Source of the DNA: Archangium sp.
Lineage (GTDB): Bacteria; Myxococcota; Myxococcia; Myxococcales; Myxococcaceae
NCBI GenBank assembly: GCA_031367385.1
Contig: JANLPS010000027.1
Coordinates: 1-64,000, forward strand
DNA length: 64,000 bases
Reading direction: 5' to 3'
In this document: positions 1 to 7,804 of the stretch, piece by piece
How the letters are laid out: the number at the start of each line of letters is the position of its first letter
Numbering within the stretch: position 1 is the first letter of the stretch
Translations under genes and position numbers: made by a program
Notes under the pieces: generated by a model
Told to the model about the DNA's origin: nothing
The model's input: only the letters and a program-made list of their open reading frames with translations
The model's database searches: none

Positions 1-2
1 CG

Positions 3-293
3 CATATCTTCACGATCGGCCTGGGTGGCGAGGTCGAGGGCACGACCCTGCAGGTGTTCGGCAAAGACGGCTATTTCCCCGCGGCGAAGGCTGATCAACT
101 GGGTGACGCGTTCGACGCCATCGCCTCGAAGGTGACCAGCCTGGCGAATCGGTTTTATCTGCTCGAGTATTGCTCTCCGAAGCGCAGCGGCACGCACACA
201 CTGAAGATCGTTGCCACCAACGGCGAGCTGGTCGGCGGCCTCTCGAAGACCTTCGATGCGACCGGGTTCACATCAGGGTGTGAGTTGAACTGA
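3..293 (+). CDS. C-terminal part of a probable VWA-domain protein (5' end outside the window)
   Basis: Frame is open from the window edge (HIFTIGLGGEV...FDAIA...YLLEYCSPKR), resembling the last VWA strand/helix; stop at 291-293. Confidence 0.6.
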   Translation, partial: HIFTIGLGGEVEGTTLQVFGKDGYFPAAKADQLGDAFDAIASKVTSLANRFYLLEYCSPKRSGTHTLKIVATNGELVGGLSKTFDATGFTSGCELN

Positions 294-333
294 TCACCGG
301 GTAGCATGCGCCGCCTCACCGAGGGGGCGAGCC

Positions 334-1161
334 ATGGCCGCGAAAAAGGCGAAAACGAAGTTGAAGTCGAAGTCGAAATCGAAGACACAGCCCAAAGCGA
401 AGCGGGCACCGGAGCGATTGGCATTGAAGCTGTTGCCGACGCTGCCGACCCTGACCGCGGTGCGGCGCCGAGCCTACACCGCGTCGTTCAGCGCAGAGCA
501 ATGCCAGGAGTGGGGCCGCAAGACCAAGGCGACGCAGGTGTTGGCCGACGCCGAGAAAGCGGCTCAGGCGGTCGTCGCGGCCGTCAGAAAAGGGGTCGAC
601 GGGTACTCGGCGTCGCGCTTTGCCTGGCTGTGCACGCAGATGGCCGAGCTTCAAGACTCGATCGCCGCGCAAGAAGGGGGGGCTCCGACGTCACGGTATG
701 CGGCGGTGAGCATCGCGACGCGCATTCGCACGAAGCTTGCGCACGGCCTGCTCGATGCGGCGTCGGGCAACCAAGCGCTGATCAACGAAGTGCACAACCG
801 CAACGAGGTCGACGCGTCACCGTCGACCTTGGAGACGTCGATCACCGGGCTGCTTCAGCTCGCCATGCGGTTACGGCACGTGCCCGAGGGTGAAGTGCTG
901 GCTGACGACGCGGGCCTGACCGAGGCATTCTTGTCGAGCGCCTCGTCGATGATCGACTCGCTGCGGGCCTCGAACGACATGACCTATGGCACCGCGAATG
1001 AAGGCGATACCGACCAGACCGATCTCATCGAAGGCCGGGTGCTGCTCGAGCTGAGCCACCTGCGAGACGTGCTGGCCCGAGCGAAGTCGCGAGGCGTGCC
1101 GGTGCCGGTGATGCCCGCGCTGGCGACGCTCGCTACGGGTTCAGCACGCACGCGTAGGTGA
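334..1161 (+). CDS. Hypothetical helical protein with Lys-rich N-terminus
   Basis: 275-aa ORF with coding-like codon usage; begins MAAKKAKTKLKSKSK. Confidence 0.7.
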   Translation: MAAKKAKTKLKSKSKSKTQPKAKRAPERLALKLLPTLPTLTAVRRRAYTASFSAEQCQEWGRKTKATQVLADAEKAAQAVVAAVRKGVDGYSASRFAWLCTQMAELQDSIAAQEGGAPTSRYAAVSIATRIRTKLAHGLLDAASGNQALINEVHNRNEVDASPSTLETSITGLLQLAMRLRHVPEGEVLADDAGLTEAFLSSASSMIDSLRASNDMTYGTANEGDTDQTDLIEGRVLLELSHLRDVLARAKSRGVPVPVMPALATLATGSARTRR

Positions 1162-2230
1162 GGGCGATTCTCGCGCCCAGGTCGACCACCTCGAAGTCGG
1201 TCACTTTCAGCGCCGCCAGTGACGTGTTGGTGACGCCCACGTCGGCCCACTTGGTGGCGGTGAACCGGTCGCTCTGAATCGTGACCGGTATTTCGCCGCC
1301 GTCAGAGAGCACCATGCCGTACTTCTTCAACGCCCTTGCGATCACCCGTGCGCCCTCGGTCGGCAGGCTCGCCTCGTTGAAGCTGGCCTTGAGCCGAAAC
1401 CGCACGCCGTACGGCGGCGCGTGGGGGTTCACATTCGACGGAGCCCCCGCGTGCGTCGCCGGCCGCACGTACACTTTTCGCTGCATGTGATCATTGGGCA
1501 GAATGAACCGCAGCGCGTGGTTCACCGAGCCGCTCTTGACCTCATCGGCCGACACCATGAACGCCGACACCGGCAGCCCCGCGGCATCGACCGAGGTGCA
1601 CTGTTCTCCGCGCAAGGTGTCGGGGTACTGCTTCGTCAGGTCCCACACCACCAAGCAGGCGGCGGCCAGCCCCGATGCGGTCATGTTCGCTTGATACAGC
1701 TCGTACACCTTCTTCTCGCTCTTCGAGATGATCAGCAGGTGGCAGTCGCCCCCCATCGTGCACGCGTACGACGCTTCGCCCTCGGTCGCGCCCACCGCCG
1801 GGAGCGGAATGGTCGCCGGCAGGGTCGCGCAGTCATCGACGTAGTACCCCGCCGCGGGGATGACGGTCGCCCGCGTCGCGCCAGCCTCGGCGTTCAACAC
1901 GTGAATGCTGTCGTCGAATTGAAAGCGATGAAATTTGCCGCCCCAGCCGCCGCCGTCCATCGCGGCGAGGGTCGAGATGATCTCATTCGATTCGCTCGAG
2001 ACCGAGATCATCGAGACGTCTTTCGTCCACGGGTGTTCATGCTCGAACAGACCCGCGACTGATCCGCCCCCGTCGGTCACGCCTCCACTGCCGGCGTCAC
2101 CAGCGCCTCCCGGAGCGCCTGCATCGGCGGCCGTCGACCCCGCGTCAGCCACCGCACCAGCATCGAAAATCGAGCCCTCGCCGCTGGAGCACCCCGCCAG
2201 CGCCACCATCGTCACCACCGCGATTCTCAT
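1133..2230 (-). CDS. Conserved hypothetical lipoprotein
   Basis: Lipobox VALAGC after ATG 2230, DAG linker, globular domain (GDCHLL, DAAGLP, PPYGVRFRLK, YGMVLSDGG). Confidence 0.75.
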   Translation of the reverse strand: MRIAVVTMVALAGCSSGEGSIFDAGAVADAGSTAADAGAPGGAGDAGSGGVTDGGGSVAGLFEHEHPWTKDVSMISVSSESNEIISTLAAMDGGGWGGKFHRFQFDDSIHVLNAEAGATRATVIPAAGYYVDDCATLPATIPLPAVGATEGEASYACTMGGDCHLLIISKSEKKVYELYQANMTASGLAAACLVVWDLTKQYPDTLRGEQCTSVDAAGLPVSAFMVSADEVKSGSVNHALRFILPNDHMQRKVYVRPATHAGAPSNVNPHAPPYGVRFRLKASFNEASLPTEGARVIARALKKYGMVLSDGGEIPVTIQSDRFTATKWADVGVTNTSLAALKVTDFEVVDLGARIALTYACVLNP

Positions 2231-2405
2231 TCGCTGAAGCGTACTGAGGCCCCCAAGCTGCCGCTTTCTTTGTCGCTGTCGCACAGTGTGTGAACGCGTT
2301 CTTACCCACTGAGAATTTCTCTTGAGGCTTCAACAGCGACGCAGTTTCGCGCCGAGGCAAAACCTGAGTAAGACTGCGCGTTCGCCCCATCAAGGACACC
2401 CATTC

Positions 2406-4370
2406 ATGGCCAACACCATCAACCGAAACCCGTCTTCGCCACAGCCCGTATCGACCGACGAAAAGCCCGCGCCGATCTCGGCTGAGCCGACGACGGCCGT
2501 GACCACGGTGGCGACCGTCGAGGCGCCGACCGATGATTTCAATTCGAGCAAGCCGGCGTCGAACAACCCGTTCTCGATGGGCAAGATCAAAGACGGCCTG
2601 TGGAAGATGGTCGTCGACGAGACCGCCAAGGAGCACAAGCTCAAGGCCACCGTGAGCGTCGGCGGCCTCTCGGTCACCGGAGGGGTCAGCGAAGAGGTCG
2701 CGCTGACCGGTAGCAATTCGTACAAGAACCTGGTCTTGCCCGATCGCCGCCGCAGCGAGTTCGCACAGGCGCACCCCGATGACAGGTGGGTCAAGATGCG
2801 CGCGATGGTCGGCGCACAGGCCAACGTGCCGGTCTTGGGCGTGGCGCTCGGCTTCAACAGCAGCGTCGAGGTCTCGAGCATCTCGGCCCAGAGAGCGCCG
2901 CTGAAAGACGCCGCGGTCGACTCGGTCAAGAGCCTGGTGGTGCCGCTGCGCGCCGACGCCTTCAAGCAACTCAACGCGCCCCCCGGCACGGAGTGGATCT
3001 TTCGGGGCGACGCCGGTGTGACGATCGGCGTTGGCTCCGAGGCCAATGGCGGTCTGAACAAGTTCAGCACCCCTGGCGTCGGGGTCAACGTCGGCTACCA
3101 ACAGGTGTGGACGAAGAACGTCAAGTCATTGGGTGACAACAAGGTCTTCTTCATGTTGGGCAAGCACGAGATCCCCTCGGTTGGGGGTGCGCTCGGCACC
3201 AGCATCAAGGCCCTCGACATCGCCGACTCTGAGAACAAGCTCGCGACCCGCGCCGGTGACACCATCGAGCGCAAGGTCGAGATCACGGCGTTGGCCAGCG
3301 CGAGCGTCTCGTGGCCCCACCGTCACATCGGCGGTGCCGTGCTCGACCTCAACAAAGAGACCGACCGCGCGCACTACGATTACCTGATGCGCAGCAAGCC
3401 CCTCGACGCCGAGGCCTACCTCAAGGCGAACAACCTGGGCGGCACCTACGTCGGCGATGGGCGTGCGATCACCACCGGCTTCAAGGCCAGGTTCGGCGAG
3501 ACGACGCTGCTCTCGACCAGCACCCTGCGTACCAAGGAAAACGGTGAGCTCGTCAAAGACGGCGCGCACTCGCAACTTGGCGAGGCCGCCTACAACCGCA
3601 TCGTCGAAGGCACGCTGCCCCGGTTTCTCAAAGGCGAAGAGCGCAACGTCTCGGTTCGCGCCGGAGCGCTGACCAGAGACGGTGTCTCAGAGCACGCCCT
3701 CGCGGTGCGCCTGAGCGTGACCGACCCGGCGATCACCTCTGAAGAGCTCGCCCAGCACACCCGCTTCGCCAAGGCGATGGAGATGGACGCCGGCGCGCTC
3801 CCCGACGCCGCCAGCGCGAAGAATTTCGGCAAGGGCGACTACGCGGTCGAGGTCGCGGCGACGGAGGCGCAGCTCGCGGGCCTGGGCACGCGGTCTTCAG
3901 ACGAGATTCGCTTGGCCTTCGCGGCGGCGCAGCGTGACATCGAGGGCGACACGCAGCTGCCTCCGTGGTACTCGCAGAAAGAGTCCTTCGCCTCGTTCAA
4001 GCAGCAGCTCGCGATGGCTGTGAAGCCTCACTCCGACTCGACCAGCTCGGTGCTGCGCGAGTACCGAGAGAAGTTTGGTGGCCGAGACTTGAAGCGCGAC
4101 ATCGCCAGCGGCAACGCCGTCGACCACGTGATCGAGCAGGGCGCCAAGGCCAAGGGCAAGCCGGTTCACGAGTGGGGCCGGGTGCTCGAGGCGGTCGGCA
4201 TGCAGTCATCGAATGACGTTCGTGCCGGGCTGCTCGCGCTGCACCGCTTGTCAGGGGCGCAGGTCACCGAGCTGTCGATCAACGTCGGCGGCGTTCGCGC
4301 CACGACCAGCAGCGGAGTGCCGAACAAATCGCTCCTCGACCTGGTCGGCGACATCATGTTGCCTCAGTAA
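2406..4370 (+). CDS. Large hypothetical protein with Ser/Pro/Thr-rich N-terminus
   Basis: Long ORF, AAGGA upstream of ATG 2406, no signal peptide. Confidence 0.75.
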   Translation: MANTINRNPSSPQPVSTDEKPAPISAEPTTAVTTVATVEAPTDDFNSSKPASNNPFSMGKIKDGLWKMVVDETAKEHKLKATVSVGGLSVTGGVSEEVALTGSNSYKNLVLPDRRRSEFAQAHPDDRWVKMRAMVGAQANVPVLGVALGFNSSVEVSSISAQRAPLKDAAVDSVKSLVVPLRADAFKQLNAPPGTEWIFRGDAGVTIGVGSEANGGLNKFSTPGVGVNVGYQQVWTKNVKSLGDNKVFFMLGKHEIPSVGGALGTSIKALDIADSENKLATRAGDTIERKVEITALASASVSWPHRHIGGAVLDLNKETDRAHYDYLMRSKPLDAEAYLKANNLGGTYVGDGRAITTGFKARFGETTLLSTSTLRTKENGELVKDGAHSQLGEAAYNRIVEGTLPRFLKGEERNVSVRAGALTRDGVSEHALAVRLSVTDPAITSEELAQHTRFAKAMEMDAGALPDAASAKNFGKGDYAVEVAATEAQLAGLGTRSSDEIRLAFAAAQRDIEGDTQLPPWYSQKESFASFKQQLAMAVKPHSDSTSSVLREYREKFGGRDLKRDIASGNAVDHVIEQGAKAKGKPVHEWGRVLEAVGMQSSNDVRAGLLALHRLSGAQVTELSINVGGVRATTSSGVPNKSLLDLVGDIMLPQ

Positions 4371-4377
4371 ATGACCG

Positions 4378-4548
4378 ATGGCTGACGAGGCGGCCACGCC
4401 GTACCCCCTCAGCCGCTGCCATGGCTGCGCGCACCACCGCGACGTGAAGACGCCGCGCTCGTGGTTCTTGCTGTGTCAGGCGCCGAAGCTGCCCAAGTAC
4501 CCGCCGCAGCCGGTGCTCGTCTGCGCGGGCTTCACCCCGTCGTCGTGA
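4378..4548 (+). CDS. Small 56-aa Cys-rich protein (putative Zn-binding)
   Basis: Manual translation MADEAATPYPLSRCHGCAHHRDVKTPRSWFLLCQAPKLPKYPPQPVLVCAGFTPSS; fills the gap between co-oriented genes. Confidence 0.65.
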   Translation: MADEAATPYPLSRCHGCAHHRDVKTPRSWFLLCQAPKLPKYPPQPVLVCAGFTPSS

Positions 4549-4558
4549 AGAGGCCTCG

Positions 4559-4792
4559 ATGCGAATGATCTGGCTGTTCACCCTCTGCGCCTGCGCGACC
4601 CTCGACACGAGCCGCATGAGCCCGCAGTGCCGCGACCTCTACAACGCCTGCCTCAACAGCTGCCCGCAGCAGCGCAACCGCGTGGCCGGCACTGATCTCG
4701 CGAGCCTCTCAAGGGGCCCCATCGGAGGCCCCGACCTCGACCCCGGCACCGCCAGTTGCACCAACCAGTGCAACCAGCAGCGCTGCGAGTAG
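4559..4792 (+). CDS. Small Cys-rich lipoprotein
   Basis: Hydrophobic leader with LCAC lipobox, CxxxC pairs, GAGG RBS. Confidence 0.65.
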   Translation: MRMIWLFTLCACATLDTSRMSPQCRDLYNACLNSCPQQRNRVAGTDLASLSRGPIGGPDLDPGTASCTNQCNQQRCE

Positions 4793-4949
4793 GGCCAACC
4801 CGCCGCTCTTGCAGGAAAAACGCACCATTCAGCGAGGGGCCATGGCGTTCGCAAAAGAAAGGCTGTAGGTGTGTGTCGCCGCATCGCACTCAGTGATCGG
4901 CAGCCGCCTCAATTTCTGAAGCGGTCATTTGACGAAAGCAGACGTTTCA

Positions 4950-5156
4950 ATGGCAACTGGTACCGTGAAGTGGTTCAACGACGCAAAGGGCTTCGGTTTC
5001 ATCTCGCAAGACGGCGGCGGCGAAGACGTTTTCTGCCACCACACTGCGATTCAGGCCGATGGCTTCCGCACCGTGTCAGAAGGTCAGAAGGTCGAGTTCG
5101 AAGTGAAGAAGGGCCCCAAGGGCCTGCAAGCAGCGAACGTTAAGATCATGGCGTAA
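4950..5156 (+). CDS. csp: Cold-shock protein (CspA family)
   Basis: [15 protein letters not shown] (RNP1), DVFCHHTAI (RNP2), [10 protein letters not shown]. Confidence 0.97.
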   Translation: MATGTVKWFNDAKGFGFISQDGGGEDVFCHHTAIQADGFRTVSEGQKVEFEVKKGPKGLQAANVKIMA

Positions 5157-5182
5157 TCGCAGCACTTCTCTTGAACTATCGG

Positions 5183-5222
5183 CGGCCCGCTTTCCTCAAA
5201 GGAAGCGGGCCGTTGTCTTTTG
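5183..5222 (+). terminator. Rho-independent terminator after csp
   Basis: Stem CGGCCCGC...GCGGGCCG followed by TTGTCTTTT, between convergent genes. Confidence 0.8.
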
Positions 5223-5231
5223 CGGGGGCCG

Positions 5232-6236
5232 TTACGCCATCGCGTCGATGATGGCTTTGGTGAAGTCGTTGGTGGTCGCGGTGCCACCCAAGTCTCCGGT
5301 GCGAACCTTGCCGGCGGCGTAGACCCGGGTGACGGCGTTCTCGATGCGGCGGCTCTCGGCCTCGTAGCCGAGGTGATCGAGCATCATCACCGACGAGAGC
5401 AGCAGCGCGGTGGGGTTCGCTTTGCCTTGCCCGGCGATGTCGGGCGCGGTGCCGTGGGCCGCCTCGAAGACCGCGCTCTGGGTGCCGATGTTCGCGCCTG
5501 GCACCAACCCCAGGCCGCCGACCAGGCCCGCGCAGAGGTCTGAGACGATGTCGCCGTAGAGGTTCTCCATCACCATCACGTCGTAGCGCTCGGGGTTCTT
5601 GACCAGCTGCATGCAGAGGTTGTCGACGATGACCTCTTCAGCGGTGATCTCAGGAAAGTCGCGCGCCTGCTTGCGAAAGCAGTCGAGAAACAAGCCGTCA
5701 GAAAGCTTCATGATGTTGGCTTTGTGCACCGCACTGACCTTCTTGCGGTTGTGCTTCTTGGCGTACTCGAAGGCGAAGCGGCAGATGCGTGACGAGGCCT
5801 TCTCGGTGATGATCTTCAGGCTCTCGACCACGCCCGGCACCACGACGTGCTCGAGGCCGGCGTAGAGGTCTTCGGTGTTCTCGCGCACCACCACCAGGTC
5901 GATGTTTTCGTAGCGGGTCTTCACTCCGGGCATCGAGCGCACCGGCCGCAGCGAGGCGTAGAGGTCGAGGCGCTTGCGGAGCGCGACGTTGGCCGAGCCT
6001 TGACCGACGCCGATGCCGGTCGCGGTGGGGCCCTTGAGTCCGAGCCCGCTGCGAATAACGGCGTCGACGGTGCTGTCGGGCAGGTTGGTGCCGTGTTTGA
6101 GGGCGGTCTCGGCGCCAGCCTCGGCGTATTCGTATTCGAGCGGGGCCTTGGCGGCCTCGAGAATCTTGCGGCAGGCGTCCATCACTTCGGGGCCAATGCC
6201 ATCTCCGTTGATCAGCGTGACTTTGCGGGGGGCCAT
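5232..6236 (-). CDS. icd: Isocitrate/isopropylmalate dehydrogenase family enzyme (probable NAD-dependent IDH)
   Basis: GDGIGPEV, RENTEDLY, VHKANIMKLSDGLF, NLYGDIVSD, FEAAHGTAPDIAG. Confidence 0.9.
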   Translation of the reverse strand: MAPRKVTLINGDGIGPEVMDACRKILEAAKAPLEYEYAEAGAETALKHGTNLPDSTVDAVIRSGLGLKGPTATGIGVGQGSANVALRKRLDLYASLRPVRSMPGVKTRYENIDLVVVRENTEDLYAGLEHVVVPGVVESLKIITEKASSRICRFAFEYAKKHNRKKVSAVHKANIMKLSDGLFLDCFRKQARDFPEITAEEVIVDNLCMQLVKNPERYDVMVMENLYGDIVSDLCAGLVGGLGLVPGANIGTQSAVFEAAHGTAPDIAGQGKANPTALLLSSVMMLDHLGYEAESRRIENAVTRVYAAGKVRTGDLGGTATTNDFTKAIIDAMA

Positions 6237-6274
6237 GGCGCGTGTGTAGCACCGGGCCCGCCCAGGCATCGCGT

Positions 6275-6909
6275 TCAAACGTGCGGAGTTCTCATCAAGT
6301 CGAGCAGCGCCACTGCGTTGTGCGTCGCCACGCCGTACGCGGTGTTGTCGAAGATGCACCAGGTCGGCAACCGGCTGCGGGTCTCGCGCTCGAGCTGCAC
6401 GGCGGTGTGCTGCAGAAACTCAGGGGTGTACGACGAGGAGTACATGCGGGGTGAGCCGTGCAGGCGGGTGTACAGCACGCCACCGAAGGCGCGGGGGAGG
6501 GCGGCCTCGGCGACCCGGGCAGATCGATGAGGCGGCGAAAGAAGGCCCGGGCCGCTCGCGGTTCGAGCTCGAAGCTCGGAGGCAGCTGCACCAGCAGCAC
6601 CCCGAGGCGGTCGCCCAGGCCCTCGACCTCGCTGATGAATTGGGTCAGGGCGGCTTTGACCCCCACGAAGCGCAACTCGTGGGTGATCAGCTTCGGGAGC
6701 TTGGCTGAGAAGCGAAAGGTCTTGGGCACCGTCGCGGCCCAGCGCTCGTAGGTGCTGCGGCGATGCGGGCGGTAGAAGCACGAGTTGATCTCGGCGGCGT
6801 TGAAGGTCGACGCGTATTGCTCGAGATGGCTGCCGCTGGCCGTGAAGTGCGCTCGGGTGTCGGCCCCGATTTGCCAGCCAGCGGTGCCGACGAATGCGGT
6901 GGGCACCAT
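6275..6909 (-). pseudogene. DUF72 family gene with internal deletion and frameshift
   Basis: N-half (GTAGW, EINSCFYR, LVQLPPS) and C-half (RLHGSPRMY, WCIFDN) are in different frames joined near 6520-6528; the usual E-x-R-H segment is missing. Confidence 0.8.
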
Positions 6910-6984
6910 GGGCGGGTGAGATACCAAGTTGGGCTGAGGTCTTCACGACGAACGGGCAGTGTTTTCAGGAGGTTGGCGGGTCTC

Positions 6985-7028
6985 AACTGAACCTCGAGGT
7001 TCAGAAATCTGAACCTTGAGGTTCAGTT
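6985..7028. repeat. 44-bp near-perfect palindrome made of two 18-bp palindromic boxes
   Basis: CTGAACCTCGAGGTTCAG (6987-7004) and CTGAACCTTGAGGTTCAG (7009-7026). Confidence 0.9.
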
Positions 7029-7045
7029 CTCCGTACGGTTGAGCG

Positions 7046-7726
7046 GTGAGGGTGTGGCGCGGTGAGACCACAGGCATCGGCAGTGTTCCCCACGCGTCGG
7101 TTGACGAGGCGCTCGCGTATTCGTTCGCGCACGACATCCCCTTTCTGCCGCAGATGCCGGGTGAGCTCATGGTTGAGACGGCCGGAGCCGAACGCGCGTG
7201 GCCGCCATTTCTCGCGGCGCTGTCTGAGCGTCGCCCAGCAATTGCCAAGGTGCAGATCGTCGGGCCGGTGACCTTGTCGAAGCACTCGTCGATTGAAGTC
7301 GACCTCACGCTGAGGGCTCTGCGGTACGTCGACGCTCTGATTCGACTCGGCGTTCAGCCGATGATCTTCGTCGATGAGCCTTCACTCGCAGACGGCCCCT
7401 TCGACGCGCTCGACACGATGCTGACCACGCTCAAGACCGCCGGAGCAATCACCGGAGTGCACTGCTGTGGCACCGCGAAGTGGGCCGAGGTGCTCTCGTT
7501 GCCAGCGCTCGATGTCTTGAGCTTTGACGTTGCGCTCTCACTCGCCGCAGTGATGCCGCACACCGGCGCCTTCGCCTCGAAGGGCGGTACCCTGGCGTTC
7601 GGCTTCGATCGCGCATGTGACCTGCCGGCGTTTCCCTCAATGCTGCGCACGGCGTCGTGCGGCCTGGCGGGCCGTACGGTCGAACAGGCGGCTGATCAGC
7701 TGCAACGCCTGACCCGTTCGCGCTGA
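7046..7726 (+). CDS. Short cobalamin-independent methionine synthase-like ('core' MetE catalytic domain) protein
   Basis: TGIGSVPH N-terminus, FVDEP, GVHCCG (HxC Zn motif), TASCGL. Confidence 0.7.
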   Translation: MRVWRGETTGIGSVPHASVDEALAYSFAHDIPFLPQMPGELMVETAGAERAWPPFLAALSERRPAIAKVQIVGPVTLSKHSSIEVDLTLRALRYVDALIRLGVQPMIFVDEPSLADGPFDALDTMLTTLKTAGAITGVHCCGTAKWAEVLSLPALDVLSFDVALSLAAVMPHTGAFASKGGTLAFGFDRACDLPAFPSMLRTASCGLAGRTVEQAADQLQRLTRSR

Positions 7727-7776
7727 GGGGCTCGAAGCGCCCGCACCGATCGACTTCGCTCCTAAGGACGAGCGGG
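7713..7776. repeat. REP-like imperfect hairpin, same family as 46092-46334
   Basis: CGTTCGCGCTGAGGGGCTCGAAG resembles CGCTCGTCCTGAGGGACTCGAAG; 3' arm ends AGGACGAGCGG. Confidence 0.6.
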
Positions 7777-7804
7777 CGTTAACGTGGCGTGGTCAGATGA
7801 ACCC

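Noticed and set aside
2270..2380. Possible structured RNA (GTCGCTGT/ACAGCGAC and CGCAGT/ACTGCG pairings)
   Set aside because: Short stems are expected by chance in GC-rich DNA, and no known riboswitch consensus was recognised.
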